A DNA stretch of 58,291 bases from Saprolegnia diclina VS20 (GCF_000281045.1 NW_008246081.1:303838-362128); one strand, 5' to 3'; positions 45,375-58,221 are shown, counted from the first letter of the stretch. Numbers and translations are program-made. The notes: a model not told the origin generated them from the sequence alone.

Positions 45375-46814
45375 ATGGTGGTGCTCGTGGCCATGGCGAC
45401 CGTCGCGGCCAGCGTCGGCAACCTCGTGAAGGTGCAAGGCCAGCTCCTGCGCAAGCGGCGCTTCTCGTACGCCGACGCTTGCTCGCTGTCGTCGCGCTCA
45501 GATATGTATCTAGGAAGGCGCTCATCTTTGGCGACATCAAGTTGCCCGATGGATGTACAACCATTGGCTTGGAAGGGCGATGCTGATGGCTTTTTGCGTC
45601 TAGCGCTGCTCGAACTCATGATCCGCGCTGCCGACGCATGGCTCACAAAGGACGACATCGTGCAGCTCAACTGGGCGCTGCACTTGGGCGACACCGTCAC
45701 ACTCGACGGCCGCGTCGAGACGACGGCCAAAGGGCACCTCTTGCTCGTCGTGCGCTCGGCCGTCGTCAATGTGCGCTGGGAAGAGCAGCATCCAGGTACA
45801 TACATACACTGGGAGGCTGGTCGACGACTGTTTGCGTGCGGCAGGCGTCCCGTTTGGCCATGGCGCGACCGACCTCATTGCGCCGTCCGAGAGCTTTGGA
45901 CAGCGAAAGGAGTACACGAACATCGTGCAGATCCAAGGCCACAATGCGTGCAAGTACTACTTCAACAACGCGTCGTGCGTGCGCGGCGCCGACTGCCACT
46001 TCTGGCACGGGTAGCACCTCACGACGACCACCACCATTCATTCGCTCATGGTAGACCGCCCGAGGACTACAAGGCGCTGCGGGCCGAGTGGTTTGCACGC
46101 CGTGGTACGCAGAAGCGCGAGCAGGCGGCGCTCGACGGCGACGTCCACGACCCGCACGAGAAAGGCATGAAGGCGCAGCGGGCGCGCATCTTCTGCGACT
46201 GGCTCGTCGCAACCTTTGGGGTCGACGTACTGAGCGCGGGCGCGGGCGTTGTCGACGTCGCAGGCGGCAAAGGCGACATTCCTTTTGAGCTCTTCAACAA
46301 GCGAGCGATTCCCGCGACGCTCATCGAGCCCGTACCTCTCTCCTTCATACGATATGCAAACGCTAAAGACGCGTATGGAGATAGCGGCCACGCCAGCCGC
46401 GCAAGGTCCACCACAAGCACTTTGCCAAGACGCAGACGACGCCGAGCCGCCACGTACGACGACGCTGTATCCGCCATGTAAGAAGAATACCCTCTGGCGT
46501 AGATCCAAGCGTGCTTGGACCCATCGCTTCTGGCCGCCGAGGCTGCCTTCTTTGCCGAGACCTCGGTGTTTGTGGGCATGCACCCGGACGAAGCGACCGA
46601 GCCGATCGTCGACTGCGCCCTCGCAGCCAACAAGCCGTTCGCGGTCGTGCCGTGCTGCGTCATGAGCCGCAAGTTCCCGGACCGGCGTCACGATGGCGAG
46701 GTCGTGGGTACGTACGACGCGTACATTGCGTACCTCCGCGCCAAGGATTCGCGCATCCAGAGTGCATTCTTGCCGTTTGCGGGCAAAAACCAAGTGCTCT
46801 TTGTACTGCCGTAG
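45375..46814 (+). CDS. OB-fold + CCCH zinc finger + Rossmann methyltransferase-like protein, spliced
   Basis: VKVQGQLLRKRRFS|RKALIFGDI..LHLGDTVTLDGRV (anticodon-binding-type OB); CKYYFNNASCVRGADCHFWH; VVDVAGGKGDI; VGMHPDEATEPIVD..FAVVPCCV. Confidence 0.75.
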
Positions 46815-46860
46815 ACAATTATGGGATGCAAATGCTACTGCGGTCATGCGAGCATCGAAT

Positions 46861-48117
46861 CTACGGCTTGAACTTGTTGGTGGCCTTGATGAGCTCGGCG
46901 ACGATGCCGGGCTCGCCCGCCGAGTGGCCCGCGGTCTGCACGATGTGAAACTCGGCCTCGGGGAACGCCTTGTGGAACTCCCACGCCGTCTCCATGGGGC
47001 ACACGACGTCGTACCGGCCCTGGACGATCACGGTCGGGATGTGCCGGATCTTATACACGTTGTCGATGAGAAAGTTGGGCGTCGGGAGGAAGCCCTTGTT
47101 GACAAAGTAGTGGTTCTCGATGCGCGCAAACGCCTCGGCGAAGCGCGCGTTGGCCATCGACTTGTCGACCGCGTCCGTCGGCGGCTTGAGGTTGCTCGTC
47201 GACATCTCCCACGTCGTCCACGCGAGCGCCGCGGCGAGCCGCACCTTCTCGTCCGGGCTCGTGAGCCGGCGGTGGTACGCCGAGAGGAAGTCGTGGCGCT
47301 CGTCCACCGGGATCGCGTCGCGGTACGCCTCCCAGCGGTCGGGGTAGATGAAGCTCGCGCCCGACTGCATTCGACACATGATGAGCTCCTGCTTGAATAT
47401 CGACGTGCTGTTACCTGGTAGTAGAACTGGATTTCCTTGTCGCGGATGTGGAAGATACCACGAAGCACGAGCTCCGTGACGCGCGTCGGGTGCATCTCGG
47501 CGTACGCCGTCGAGAGCGTCGAGCCCCACGAGCCGCCAAACACCTGCCACTTTTCAATCGCAAGCTCTTCGCGCAGCTTCTCCATGTCAGCGATCAAGTG
47601 CCACGTCCTAGGTCCCATGAGGCTAACGTTTCGCGCGAGTAATTGCGTACGTGTTGTCTTCGAGCGACGCATGGGGCGTGCTGCGGCCTGAACCACGCTG
47701 GTCGAAGGCGATGATGCGGTAGACCTTTGGGTCGTGGTACCGGTTCATCGTCGGCGTGCAGCCACCGCCAGGACCACCGTGCACAAGCACGACGGGCTTA
47801 CCCTTCGGGTTGCCGCACTCTTCGTAGTAAATGCTGTGCGTCGGCGACACTTGAAGACGACCTGTCTTGTACGGCTTGATCGCAGGGTACAAGAAGTCCT
47901 CGGCCGTGCACTGCGACTTGTCGGGGAGGTCCCACTTGGAGGCGTCGCAGGCAGCCGTCGTGAAGAGCGCGACCGAGCCTGCAAGCGCAAGGAGAGCGCC
48001 GGCGCGGGCCTGGCCTTGGGGCGTCGCGGTCGCTTGGTGTACCGTCGCGACGAGCGCGGAGCTGGAGCGGAGCTGCGTCTTGCCAAGCGCCAAAGCCGTG
48101 CGGGTGAGTCGCTGCAT
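46861..48117 (-). CDS. pip: Proline iminopeptidase (peptidase S33) with presequence-like N-terminus
   Basis: IYYEECGNPKGKPVVLVHGGPGGG, FDQRGSGRSTP, VFGGSWGSTL, RIENHYF, QGRYDVVCP, AGHSA. Confidence 0.95.
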
Positions 48118-48872
48118 CTTCGATGTCTCCGGGAAAATGCCAGCCCCTCGTTGCGCCGGATTGGCCCACAAACAGACGTGGCGTCCTTCAAGCGCGAATC
48201 TGATTACACTTATTTATTTTATATACATCATATTTGTATGAATCAGATCCATTTTTAATCCAATCTCAGCACTTAGCGTCGAATTGCCACAAACAAGTAC
48301 ACAGATACCAGGGGTAGGGTTTTGACCGCAAGGCGATCTTGGCTACAATTTGTGCTTCGACCCCAGCAACGGGAGCGGCGCCTTGCACAGCACGACTCGA
48401 GCTTCTGCGAGTCCTCATCACTCCCTTGACTCGCGGAGCTTCACCTTTACTCGTGCAAGCAAGTGGGGTATCCCAGCTGCACTTTCTATCCCGATGACTG
48501 CACTGTATCAGCAACGCTTTGTTGGAGCCTACAGTGGAGCATGTTGGGCGGACGCTGCGCCGATGGGGTGCCAAGTGGTGCCGAAGTATTTGCTCCAAGA
48601 GCTCTGTTGCCGAGGCGCATCGTTGACAGGATTCCTGCTCTTGCAAAGCAGCCTTGCCTTGGCTCTTGGCTGCACATCCCATGCTGCGAATGAAATTTTG
48701 CGGGGTGATAGCTACTTTCGCGATGGACGACGCAAAGAGGAAGAGGAATGTGATGTATATCGTCGTTAACGAGCTCCTTCGCTCGCAAAGATAGGATATC
48801 GACTAAAATGTACGTGGCCACGGGTGCAAGGCCAGTAGGTTCAATAGAACGTAGCTTGTTATACAAGAGTGC

Positions 48873-49928
48873 TTAGAGCATGGCGGCAGCGATGAACGTG
48901 GCGGCGCCGAGGAGAGCGATCGAGGCGTGCGTGGCGACACCAGCCGACGGGGCAGACGTCTTCGAGCCCGTCGAGCTGCCCGTCGAGTTGACCTTGACCT
49001 TCGTGGCGCAGTTGGCACCAGCGTAGCCCGAGTTGCACACGCACTGGCCGTCAATACCGCACGAGCCCTTGCCGTTGCACATGGTGACGTCCGTGTTGTT
49101 GTTCATCGTGGGATCGCAGAGCGAGCACTGGTTGCCGATCGAACCCGGCGGGCACTTGCAGAGACCCGAGGCGAGGTCGCAGTTGCCAAGACCGCACTGG
49201 CCGTACGTGTCGCAAGTGTTGCCCGTTGCGTTGAAGCAGTTGTCGTTGATCGAGTAGCCCGTCGAGCAAATGCACTTGTAATCGGGGCTGAAGCTGTTGG
49301 TCGGGGCGCACGAGCCGTGGCCGTTGCAAAGGCCAAGGTTGACCGAGACACCGCCCGAGGTCGACGCGTTACCAGAGCACGACGTGATCTGCTTCTGCGT
49401 GTACGTCAAACCGTACGACTTGCTCACGTAGAGCTTCTTGTCGACGCAGCGGTAGATACCGTTGACCTTGACAGGGTCGGAGCCATCGTTCGACTGGTAC
49501 GTCATCTGGTAGCACGTGACGTTGCCCGGCTTGGCCGTCGCGGCTTCCTTGAGCGAGCGGCGGACCTGGACGACCTGGCCCTGGGCGTTCATAGCCGAGT
49601 TACAGTTCGGCGCAGGCACAAAGGCGCAGACAGGCTCGACCTGGCGGTAGTTCTCCGGCTTCCAGTTCGAGAAGCTGGGGCACGCGCCAGCGACGTTACC
49701 CGAGCACACGACACCCTGGACGCACTGCTTGAGCAACTTGACGCCGGTGATGTCCGACTCGACGGAGATGCACTGGAAGCCCTTCTTGCAGTCCTCGGAC
49801 TTGTTGCAACGACCGGGCTGGGTGGCGAGCGTGACCTCGTTGATCGGGGCGTCGGTGGCCGAGCCCGAGCCGCTCTGGGCGGCGACCGAGGCGGCGGCCA
49901 GCGTGAGGATCCAAGCGGAGAGCTGCAT
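48873..49928 (-). CDS. Secreted cysteine-rich EGF-like protein, probable GPI anchor
   Basis: Signal peptide MQLSAWILTLAAASVAA, EGF-like repeats (CNGHGSC..CICSTGY; CNGKGSC..CVCNSGYAGANC), S/T linker and hydrophobic C-terminus. Confidence 0.88.
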   Translation of the reverse strand: MQLSAWILTLAAASVAAQSGSGSATDAPINEVTLATQPGRCNKSEDCKKGFQCISVESDITGVKLLKQCVQGVVCSGNVAGACPSFSNWKPENYRQVEPVCAFVPAPNCNSAMNAQGQVVQVRRSLKEAATAKPGNVTCYQMTYQSNDGSDPVKVNGIYRCVDKKLYVSKSYGLTYTQKQITSCSGNASTSGGVSVNLGLCNGHGSCAPTNSFSPDYKCICSTGYSINDNCFNATGNTCDTYGQCGLGNCDLASGLCKCPPGSIGNQCSLCDPTMNNNTDVTMCNGKGSCGIDGQCVCNSGYAGANCATKVKVNSTGSSTGSKTSAPSAGVATHASIALLGAATFIAAAML

Positions 49929-50657
49929 CTTCGGACTGTGGAGGGCGAAGCGAATTGGTTAATGCCAGCCGACCGCGCTATTCCGACTGGGATGTGTAAT
50001 GCTGGCGTAGCATCTCTGGAGAAAATCACGCTTTATTTCCTCCACAAGGCCGGTTGGCGTTAATTTTCCCAAGAAAGCGCGGCCCAACTTGAAGTTGATA
50101 GGATCTTGAAACGAATTCATCACGTTAGTATCCCCATAATAATTTGTTGCAATCGCCTCAAAAGCAGAGAAATGTATCCAATCCCAGCCGCTTTCGCGCC
50201 GGCTTTAGTAAAATCGAGGCAGTAACTCTGGCCAGGCGGCCAGCAGCGCCGACCCCGATTGGCTGCGCACCTTGAACGCACGTCCTGACGATTGTGCATC
50301 TTCTTTACGGGGTCGAGGACGACGACGCCTCTAGCACTCGGTCCTCCATCGATGAGTCCGTGGGGGGCCTTCTGCCATACGAATGATACCTGTGTGATGG
50401 GTGCCTCAGTTTGCGTGTCAGAGACCCGAGCCATCAAATGTGATGTACAGTCACGCCCACCGTGTCTCGCGCAGTGTCTACCGGTATCGATTTTCGGGTG
50501 GCGTGTATTTAGAAAGCGTGGACTGGATGCGGCGTTCGACACTCTGCCGGCGGCTGCTGCTGTGTCCCATGAAGATGCAGCGAGACGGCATGCGACTTGC
50601 GTGTTTTTGTATGTAGTTCAGATACTATTACCAATATTAATACTCGACGAGGACGCT

Positions 50658-51038
50658 CTATGCGCCCTTCTTCCGCAGTGTGTGGAAGTGCACAAACTTC
50701 TTCTTCTTGCTGCTGGCCTTGGCCGCGATCTTCTTCTTCTTGAGGAGATGGTCCTTGCGGTTGGTCTGCTTGAGCGCCGTCTCGTTGGCGATCTCGGCTT
50801 CGACCGCGCCCTCCGTGTCGACCATGGCCTCGTCCGGCACGTCGGGCACCATCGGCGCCTTCGTGCTGCCCATCGCAAGCTTGAGCGATGCGAGCGTCGA
50901 GCCGCTCTGGATCTCGAGCGTCTTCTTCAGGTTCTCCTGGATGAGCGCCTGCTTCTTCTCGAGGTCATCCTTCCCGATCGTGTTGCGGAGCTGACGACGG
51001 AAGTACTTCTTGATCTTGGAGCGAATCGACTTGGCCAT
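50658..51038 (-). CDS. LLPH/DUF2423-like small basic protein
   Basis: MAKSIRSKIKKYFRRQLR N-terminus typical of LLP homologues, with a Lys-rich tail. Confidence 0.7.
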   Translation of the reverse strand: MAKSIRSKIKKYFRRQLRNTIGKDDLEKKQALIQENLKKTLEIQSGSTLASLKLAMGSTKAPMVPDVPDEAMVDTEGAVEAEIANETALKQTNRKDHLLKKKKIAAKASSKKKKFVHFHTLRKKGA

Positions 51039-51644
51039 GGTTCGTTCCCGGAAATGGCGCTATGTAGCAATCCAAAAGGGCCAATCGCAAAGGGGCGTCT
51101 ACACCAACCACTTCAACCAACCGTTTCATTGGTGGATGCTCCGCATATTAATATAATATCACATTTGAGAGGTTTTACCCGCGCATGCATTCATCGGCAC
51201 TATGCAATGTGACAGGTTGTTGATTTGGACTAGGTGCACGCAACCGCGGTGAGTCACAGCGCGGCTTTCCGCTGCCCAGATAACGCTGGCAGCTTCGAAG
51301 CCGCAACGACGCATGACCTCTAATGCTAGAAGAATAGCAATCCGTGTCTCCTGCAGTGTGCAATGCGCTACTGCCATCGCTGTGTACCATCTTGCGCGAC
51401 ATGGCGCTTCCCGCGATCTTTGCCTTGCAGTCTCCAGAACCTGGCGTAATGCTCGACGTTACGGACGCGCCTTTGACAAGATTCGAGTCGCGGCAACGGC
51501 AGTCACGCGGGCGAGTCACGTGGGACAGGAAACGAGAGCGCGTAGCGTCGATGAAAGCGATCCTGTCCTCTAGCAGGCACCAACTCGACTTGGCCAACTC
51601 TGTACGTGGCGTGTTTTTAGCCCACGAGATCTTTTCCGACGAGC

Positions 51645-53238
51645 ATGGACGCGGCCTGCCCCGTGTGTGAGCGCCACTTCTACGCCCACAACATCCAGGC
51701 CCATGTTGAGGAGTGCTTGGCGCGGTCCATGGCGCCGTCGCCCCGGACGCCCAAGCTACAGCGCCCGCCAGCGCGACCCCCGACGCCGCCCAAGCGGCCC
51801 GTCGAGGCCGAGCCCGAGCCAACTGCAAAGCGTACCAAGCTGGTCGCGCTCGCGAACGCACCGATGGCGGAGAAGTTGCGCCCGACCAGCCTCGACGAGA
51901 TTCTCGGGCAAGACGAGCTGCTCGGTTCGGACAAGCCGCTGCGGCGCATGCTCGAGAGCGGCAAGGTGCCCAACATGATCCTGTGGGGCCCGCCGGGGTG
52001 CGGGAAGACGTCGCTTGCGATGCTAGTGGCGCGGCTCGTCCAGCCAGCGACCAAGTTTGTCGCGCTCTCGGCAACGACCGCCAAAGTCGCGACGGTCCGA
52101 GACGTCTTTGAGAAGGCAATGGCCGAGCACAAGCTTCTTGGTCGGGCGACGGTGCTCTTTGTGGACGAGATCCATCGGTTCACCAAGGTGCAACAGGACT
52201 CGTTCTTGCCGTGCGTCGAGAACGGAACGATCACGCTCATTGGCGCGACGACCGAGAACCCGTCGTTCGAGATCAACTCGGCGCTTCTCTCGCGCTGCCG
52301 CGTCTTTACGCTCAACAAGATCTCGACGCCTTCGATCCTAGCGCTGCTGCAGCGCGGCGTCCGCAGCAACCTCCTCGTACCCCACGGCTGTGACCCCGAG
52401 GCGCCTCCGACCATCGACGTTGACGACGCGGCGCTCGAGTACCTCGCCCATCAGTGCAACGGCGACGCCCGCATCGCGCTCAACTCGCTCGAGATGGCGG
52501 TGCACGGCCAGCGACCGTCCAAGGACTCGAACACAATCAAGCTCACGGAGGACGATGTCAAGGCGGGTTTCCGCCGGTCGCATGCCCTCTACGACAGGAA
52601 GGGCGACGCGCACTACGACTGCATTAGCGCGCTGCACAAGTCGGTGCGGGGCAGCGACGCCGACGCAGCGCTCTACTGGCTCGCGCGCATGATGCAAGGC
52701 GGCGAGAATCCGCTGTATGTCGCTCGGCGGCTCATCGTGATCGCCTCGGAAGACGTCGGCCTCGCAGACGCCCAAGCGCTGCCCTTGGCCAACGCAACGT
52801 TCCAGGCCTGTCATACGATCGGTAGCTGTCCCTGAGGTCTATCACTCAGAACTTTAGAGTGGTCTAGGCATGCCCGAGTGTGAAATCAACCTGGCGCACT
52901 GCGTCGTGTACTTGGCCCGCGCACCCAAGTCGGTCGAGTCGTACAAGGCGTATCGCAAAGTGCAAGAGCTCTTGCTACAGTCGGTGGGACCGACACCGGA
53001 GGTGCCACTGCATCTTCGCAACGCCCCGACGCCCCTCATGGCCAACCTCGGCTACGGCAAAGGTCCCGCCATCGCCCACGATGTAGATCTGACATCTGAT
53101 ACGATGGTTCTAGAGTACAAGTATAACCCCGACTACGAGGGCCAAGTCGACCAGACGTACCTTCCGGACGCGCTACTCGGAACCCCTTCCTTTTTTGAGC
53201 CCAAGTACGCCACCAAGAAGACAAAGAAGCCGGAGTAG
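51645..53238 (+). CDS. WRNIP1: WRNIP1/MGS1/RarA AAA+ ATPase with UBZ finger
   Basis: CPVC..IQAHVEECL (UBZ4), APMAEKLRPTSLDEILGQ, LWGPPGCGKT, FVDEIHRF, GATTENPSF, ISALHKSVRGSD, VPLHLRNAPT, YKYNPDY. Confidence 0.96.
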
Positions 53239-53246
53239 TCAAGTAT

Positions 53247-54091
53247 TTAGCTCTCGTCACAGGTATCAAAGAGGCGGCCGGGTGCTGCGTCGATCAAGTT
53301 GTGCGACGACGAGAAGCTCAACACGGTTGTCTTGGCCGTGGACGGCGTGGGCCGGCGCCACGTTCGCTTGCCGTTGTGTTCCATCAGCAACGCAACGAGT
53401 CGCACGTTCGTCTCGCGCATCGCGTCGTCGACCTGGACGTCGTTGGTCTTGAGAACGGCTTCGGCGCAGTTGAGGGGCATGAGGTCGTCCTGCCACGCTT
53501 TAGCACACGTCCCAAGTGTTATCAACACAGAAACCTGCGCGACGGCGTTGACGTCGGCGTCGTACAGTAGCAGCAAGGCGGCGATCCCGACAAAGTTCTT
53601 GGTGCACGCCACGTGCAACGGCGTCCAGAGGTCGGGCTTGCGCTAAGCTCATGCACGTGGTACCAAGAGCACTAGAATCCTCGACCGACCTGGTGATTCA
53701 CATCGAGATGCGCGTGGAGAAGGATGCGAAGAACGGGCTGGAGCACGTCGTCTTCATGCGTGGCCTCTTGAATGACGCGATGCAAAAGGTCCTGCAGGAA
53801 GGGATGCAGGAGGAAGAAGCCGTGGTCAACCATGAGCTTCATGACGTCCATGCGCCGGTGCAAGCACGCGGCCTGGAACATCTTGATGTAGTAGTACGAC
53901 AGCGTCTGGTCGTGCAGGTCGTCGACGCTGGCAATCATGTCGAGGATCGCACGGACGTGACCACGCCCCGCGAGCTCGACGAGCAAGCGGCTGTTGGCAA
54001 GGACGATGGCGGCGGTCTCGGGACTCGACGCACGCAGGTCCGCGACCCACGCCATCTCTTCTTGGACCGTCTTTACGATCGCGAACGCCAT
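53247..54091 (-). CDS. Ankyrin-repeat protein, spliced
   Basis: LDVNHQ|RKPDLWTPLHVACTKNFVGIAALLLLYDADVNAVAQ. Confidence 0.75.
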
Positions 54092-54204
54092 CCTTTGTCA
54101 ACTGCCCTTTCTGCAGCCCAAGATCCACAATCTGCGCGTTTGATTGGCCCATGAAGCGCCGCGCATCCCGATTGGTCGCCCGCAAGATCGCAACACGACA
54201 GAGC

Positions 54205-57200
54205 ATGGGCAACACCGAGAGCTGCCGTGGCCTCGCGTCCGAGCTCGACCGACTCGAGAGCACTCTGTCGGTGCTCGCGGCGACCAACCCAGTGGGCATC
54301 CGGCCGCTCCGAGCGCACCAAGTCCACGTCCACGGCGCCGTCCTCAACTGCTCTCTAGGCATGACTTTCCGCCCTTGATGTAGGAGGCGACCACGTGCAC
54401 GTAGATGTGCGCGTCACCATTGGCCCAGTCGTTGGCGTCGTCGGGCCCAACAAGGCGCGCATTCTTCTCGAGGTCAGCACGGCCACTGCCATCACATGCC
54501 ATCTCACACGCCAAGAGCGGATGACGGGCCACTTCCTGGAGGTGCCCTCGGCCCGCGTGACGGTCGCCGCACCCGCCGGCGCGCCAGTGGTCTTTGTCAT
54601 CACGCAACTGCTTCCCGATACGACCTACTACTATGCGTTTAGCGGCGTCTGCAAAGACGATGCGCGGACGTGCCACGGAACGTTCCATACGCTCGCCGTC
54701 GACGACACGTCGCCGCTGCAAATCGCCGTGGTGAGCGGCCAGGACGCGTTTGCTCCAGGCGAGAGCGATCTCTGGCAGCAGCTCGCCGCGCGCGTCCAGC
54801 GCGATGCAATATCGTCGTCGCCCGAGACGATGCCACTGCCCGTGCAGTATGTGCTGCACCTCGGCGGCCAAATTGCACTTCAGCGAGCCTTTGAACAAGG
54901 CTACGTGCTCTTGACGCGCCACGCGCAGTCGCTTGCGACGACGTTGCCGAGCACGATGACGTGGGAGGCCATGGAAGCAAAGGTCGTTGCGCTCTTCCGC
55001 GACGCGTACCGGTTCCAGTGGCGCCTCCCCTTCGTTCGGGACGTCCTCGCCAACACGTCTAACATCATGATGTGGGGCGACCACGATGTCTACGCCAACT
55101 TTGCACATGCTAGTGTCTTCCAAATGAACCACGAACAGCCCTCGCTCCACGTACGTATGCGATCTTCCTTGCCATCACTGGACGCTGGCGCCGAGTAGAT
55201 GCAAGTCATGCGTCTCCTCTTGCGCTCAGCGCGCCGGGTGTTTCACGAGTACCAGCGGCAGCTCTGGGACGACGACTTTGGCGCCTTCTCGGCCGAGACG
55301 GTACGGCAGCACGCCAGGGAGATGCATGCAACGCGACAAGTAGGCGCGACGCATCGCACTTGCCGAGAGCGGTTTTCAAGCAACGAGCGAGGTCGCCCAG
55401 CGGCAGCTGGAGCTGCATGAGCTGGAGCAGACCATGGCCATCTCGAAGCGCCGGATGGAGTTTGCCACAACCAAGATGTACGAGCAGCGCGTCGCCGTGC
55501 TCCGTACCGAGCTCGACGCAGTACGTACTTTGCATCTCGGCGCCGCGTTGTCACAGTGCTAGCTTCGGTTGCAAGCGGCGGCGGCGCGCGACGAGCTTCT
55601 CGCGGTGGACCGAGGTGAAGAGTTTTGTGTTTGGACCGAGCGCCACATTGCCTTTCTCTGCTTGGACATGCGCGGCAGCCATCTGGCTCCGGGGGGCGTC
55701 CCGACGCCCGACAACCCGATGTGGAGCCCCGCCCAGTGGGACTTTGTCACCAGCATCCTCGCCGAACCGCGAACACGCGTCCTTGTCGTCTGCAGCGAGC
55801 TTCCCATTGCTGATGCGACCAGCGCGAGCGTAGAAGCACTTCTTGCATCCGAGCCAACGTCGTCGTGTGCGTCGTGGTGGGGGCGCCGACCGGAGGACCA
55901 GCACCGACTCTTGTCGCTGCTTGCCGACTGGCAAGTCGAGGTACTTTGGCTTGATCCTCTGCCACCTAACGCAATCTCGATAGCGACCCAACCGACTCGT
56001 TTTGCTCTTGTCCGGAGCGAGTGCGACGCGCTGGCCGATCGCGTCGGTTGTACAGGACGTGACGATGCGCGCGTCGATGCCGCAGTACGTGGTGGGCCCC
56101 ATGACGATGACACCGTCGACGCGGACGCTGCCGGCACTCTCCGCGACGCTCAGCGACCGGTTCGTCGTGACGCACACCATCGAGCGGCCACTCGAGACCA
56201 ACTTTGTTTTGTGCCAGCTCACGGCGTCGGCCGATCGTGATCCGACGTTGCACGTGACGCGCCATCGTCAGGTAGCACCACACAAGCAGGCATTCCATGA
56301 CGTCACCTAGATGGCGTCGACGGCGCGCGTGCTTCTGGGGCCAATCGTCGGACTCGTCGATGCGTTCTCGAGTGTCATTCTTCTCGAGGTTGATCGCGAT
56401 GCGTTCGTGACCTGTTTGGTCACAAACGTCGTCAGTGGCGCGACCCAGCGACTGCTGCAGAAGCTTCCGGCGCGGCGGCCAAAGCGTTTTCACTTCACGC
56501 AGCTCGCACCGCAGCAACACTACAGCGTGCGCTTCCCTCCTGCACTGGGCGGTGTCGGCATGCGCTTGTAGGTCACGTTTCTCGGGCTCGCCGAGCCATC
56601 GACGCTGTGCCACTTTGCGACGCCGGCCGAGCGTCCATCGCGGTTCGACTTGGCCCTCTTGAGCCACGACCGCTTGCGGTCGTTCCCGTTGGTGCCAGAA
56701 GGGTCCGTGCTGCCGCCGACGCTCTGGAGCACGCTCGAAGCGTCGCTCGCTGAACCGTTCAGCGCCCTCACGCTCGTCTTGCACCTCGGCGGCCAGGTGC
56801 AGAGCGTAAATCTTGGTCGCATATTCAAGCCGAGATTCGTAGATTCATCCGCGTGAGCATGCGTCCGTCGATGCGGCGCGGGCGATGCTGCACCCCGTCG
56901 CCGCCGACACCGACCTTGTCGACGAGCAACTGCGCAATGTCTACCGTCACCACTGGACGCTGCCGACGACGAGGTATCGCGGCGACGACGGCATCTGGTT
57001 GACGGTGTACACAGAAATGCGCTGGCGCTCGGCGCACACCTCATGGTGCCAAGCGAAGTCGACGTCCTCGAGCTGCCCGAGGGTATCGCGCGGCCCGATC
57101 GGCCAGCAGACACGGCGGTGCTCTCATCGCGCTTGCAAGCGATCGCATCCGAGTACCAGCTCCAGCTCTGGCCCGACTCGAGCGTCAAACCCTATCCCTT

Positions 57201-58033
57201 TTGCCATACCTGGGGACCCTTTGGTCTCTTTGTGTGGCCCAAAACGGTACCGTTAGCTTCTTGGACGGACGCTGTGCGAGCACGCGCCTAGTCGGCTGAC
57301 GTGCGCTGGTCGGCGCTCTCTGCTTTTCTGGCGCAGCCATCACTGACGACGCTTGTCATGGCCTGCGACCAGCCATTGGTCGACGACTCGGTCGAGGACC
57401 TCCGCGAAAAGGTCATGCGCTGCCTCAGACCATGACGCCTCAGCTTCGCTGTAGGCAAAAACGCAGCCGCGCCCGTACGGCAGCACGTTCCCAGCGCACG
57501 CCGACGACCTCCTCCGCCTGCTCGACGTGCTCTTTCACTGGCATCGCAAGGACATTACGTACGAAGAAGTGACTACTGCTTGAAGAAGTTGACGTGCGTC
57601 TAGACAGGTGGTGTTTGTGTGCGGCCACGAACACTTTGGCTTTGACACGCTCTTGCAAGACGCGGTCGCACGCCACTTCTGCGTGCGCCAGTACGTCGTC
57701 GGGTCGCTCAGCACTACGTCGACGATCGAGCAGCGCATGGCGTACCTCGCAACTGGCTCGATCGGCACCACGATGACGTTTGCCCACAACTTTGACGCGT
57801 CGTATCTGGGACCGCACTTCGGCCATTTGACGCTGGGACCGACGGAGCCCGCGGCCTACGAGGTTGTGACGCTTACGGGCGACGAGAGCAGCCTCGGCGA
57901 CAGCTACACACGCGCCCCCGCTGCGAGCTGGTACCTTTCGCCGCAGCTGCCCGAATGGCTGCACGCGGTAGGCTACGTCCGTGCTCAGTATAGTCTGCTG
58001 ATACAGGACGGCGGGTTAGGTCAATGCCAGTGA
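54205..58033 (+). CDS. Tandem PhoD-like (metallophosphoesterase-fold) protein with degenerate active sites and predicted N-acylation
   Basis: MGNTESC start. Two modules each begin (V/L)xxGP(V/I)VGxV..(R/V)ILLEV followed by an FN3-like ITQLLPDTTYYY / FTQLAPQQHYSV segment and LHLGGQ. Module 1 has YRFQW..NIMMWGDHDV; module 2 has LRNVYRHHWTLP. Many introns; 3' end approximate. Confidence 0.75.
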
Positions 58034-58221
58034 GCCAACGAGCTACAGCGTACTCTGCGGCCATCTATGAGTACTATCTTTTGCATTGAGGGTCACGGCA
58101 CTACGGCAATCCTTGGCCAAGCGCATCTGTTGGTTGCTTGAGCTCGCACTTACAAAGACTATATTAGCATCACACTAAATATCGAGTGGTCGGGCAAGTG
58201 CAACCTCATCTTTTGGTTGCG

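Noticed and set aside
48266..48860. Lower-GC stretch with short ORFs (possible pseudogene)
   Set aside because: Frames are interrupted by stops and no family could be identified by eye.
50100..51640. ORFs 50292-51212, 51175-52119 and 51344-51670 flanking the LLPH-like gene
   Set aside because: They largely overlap real genes in antisense or lie in promoter/UTR DNA, with no support for coding.
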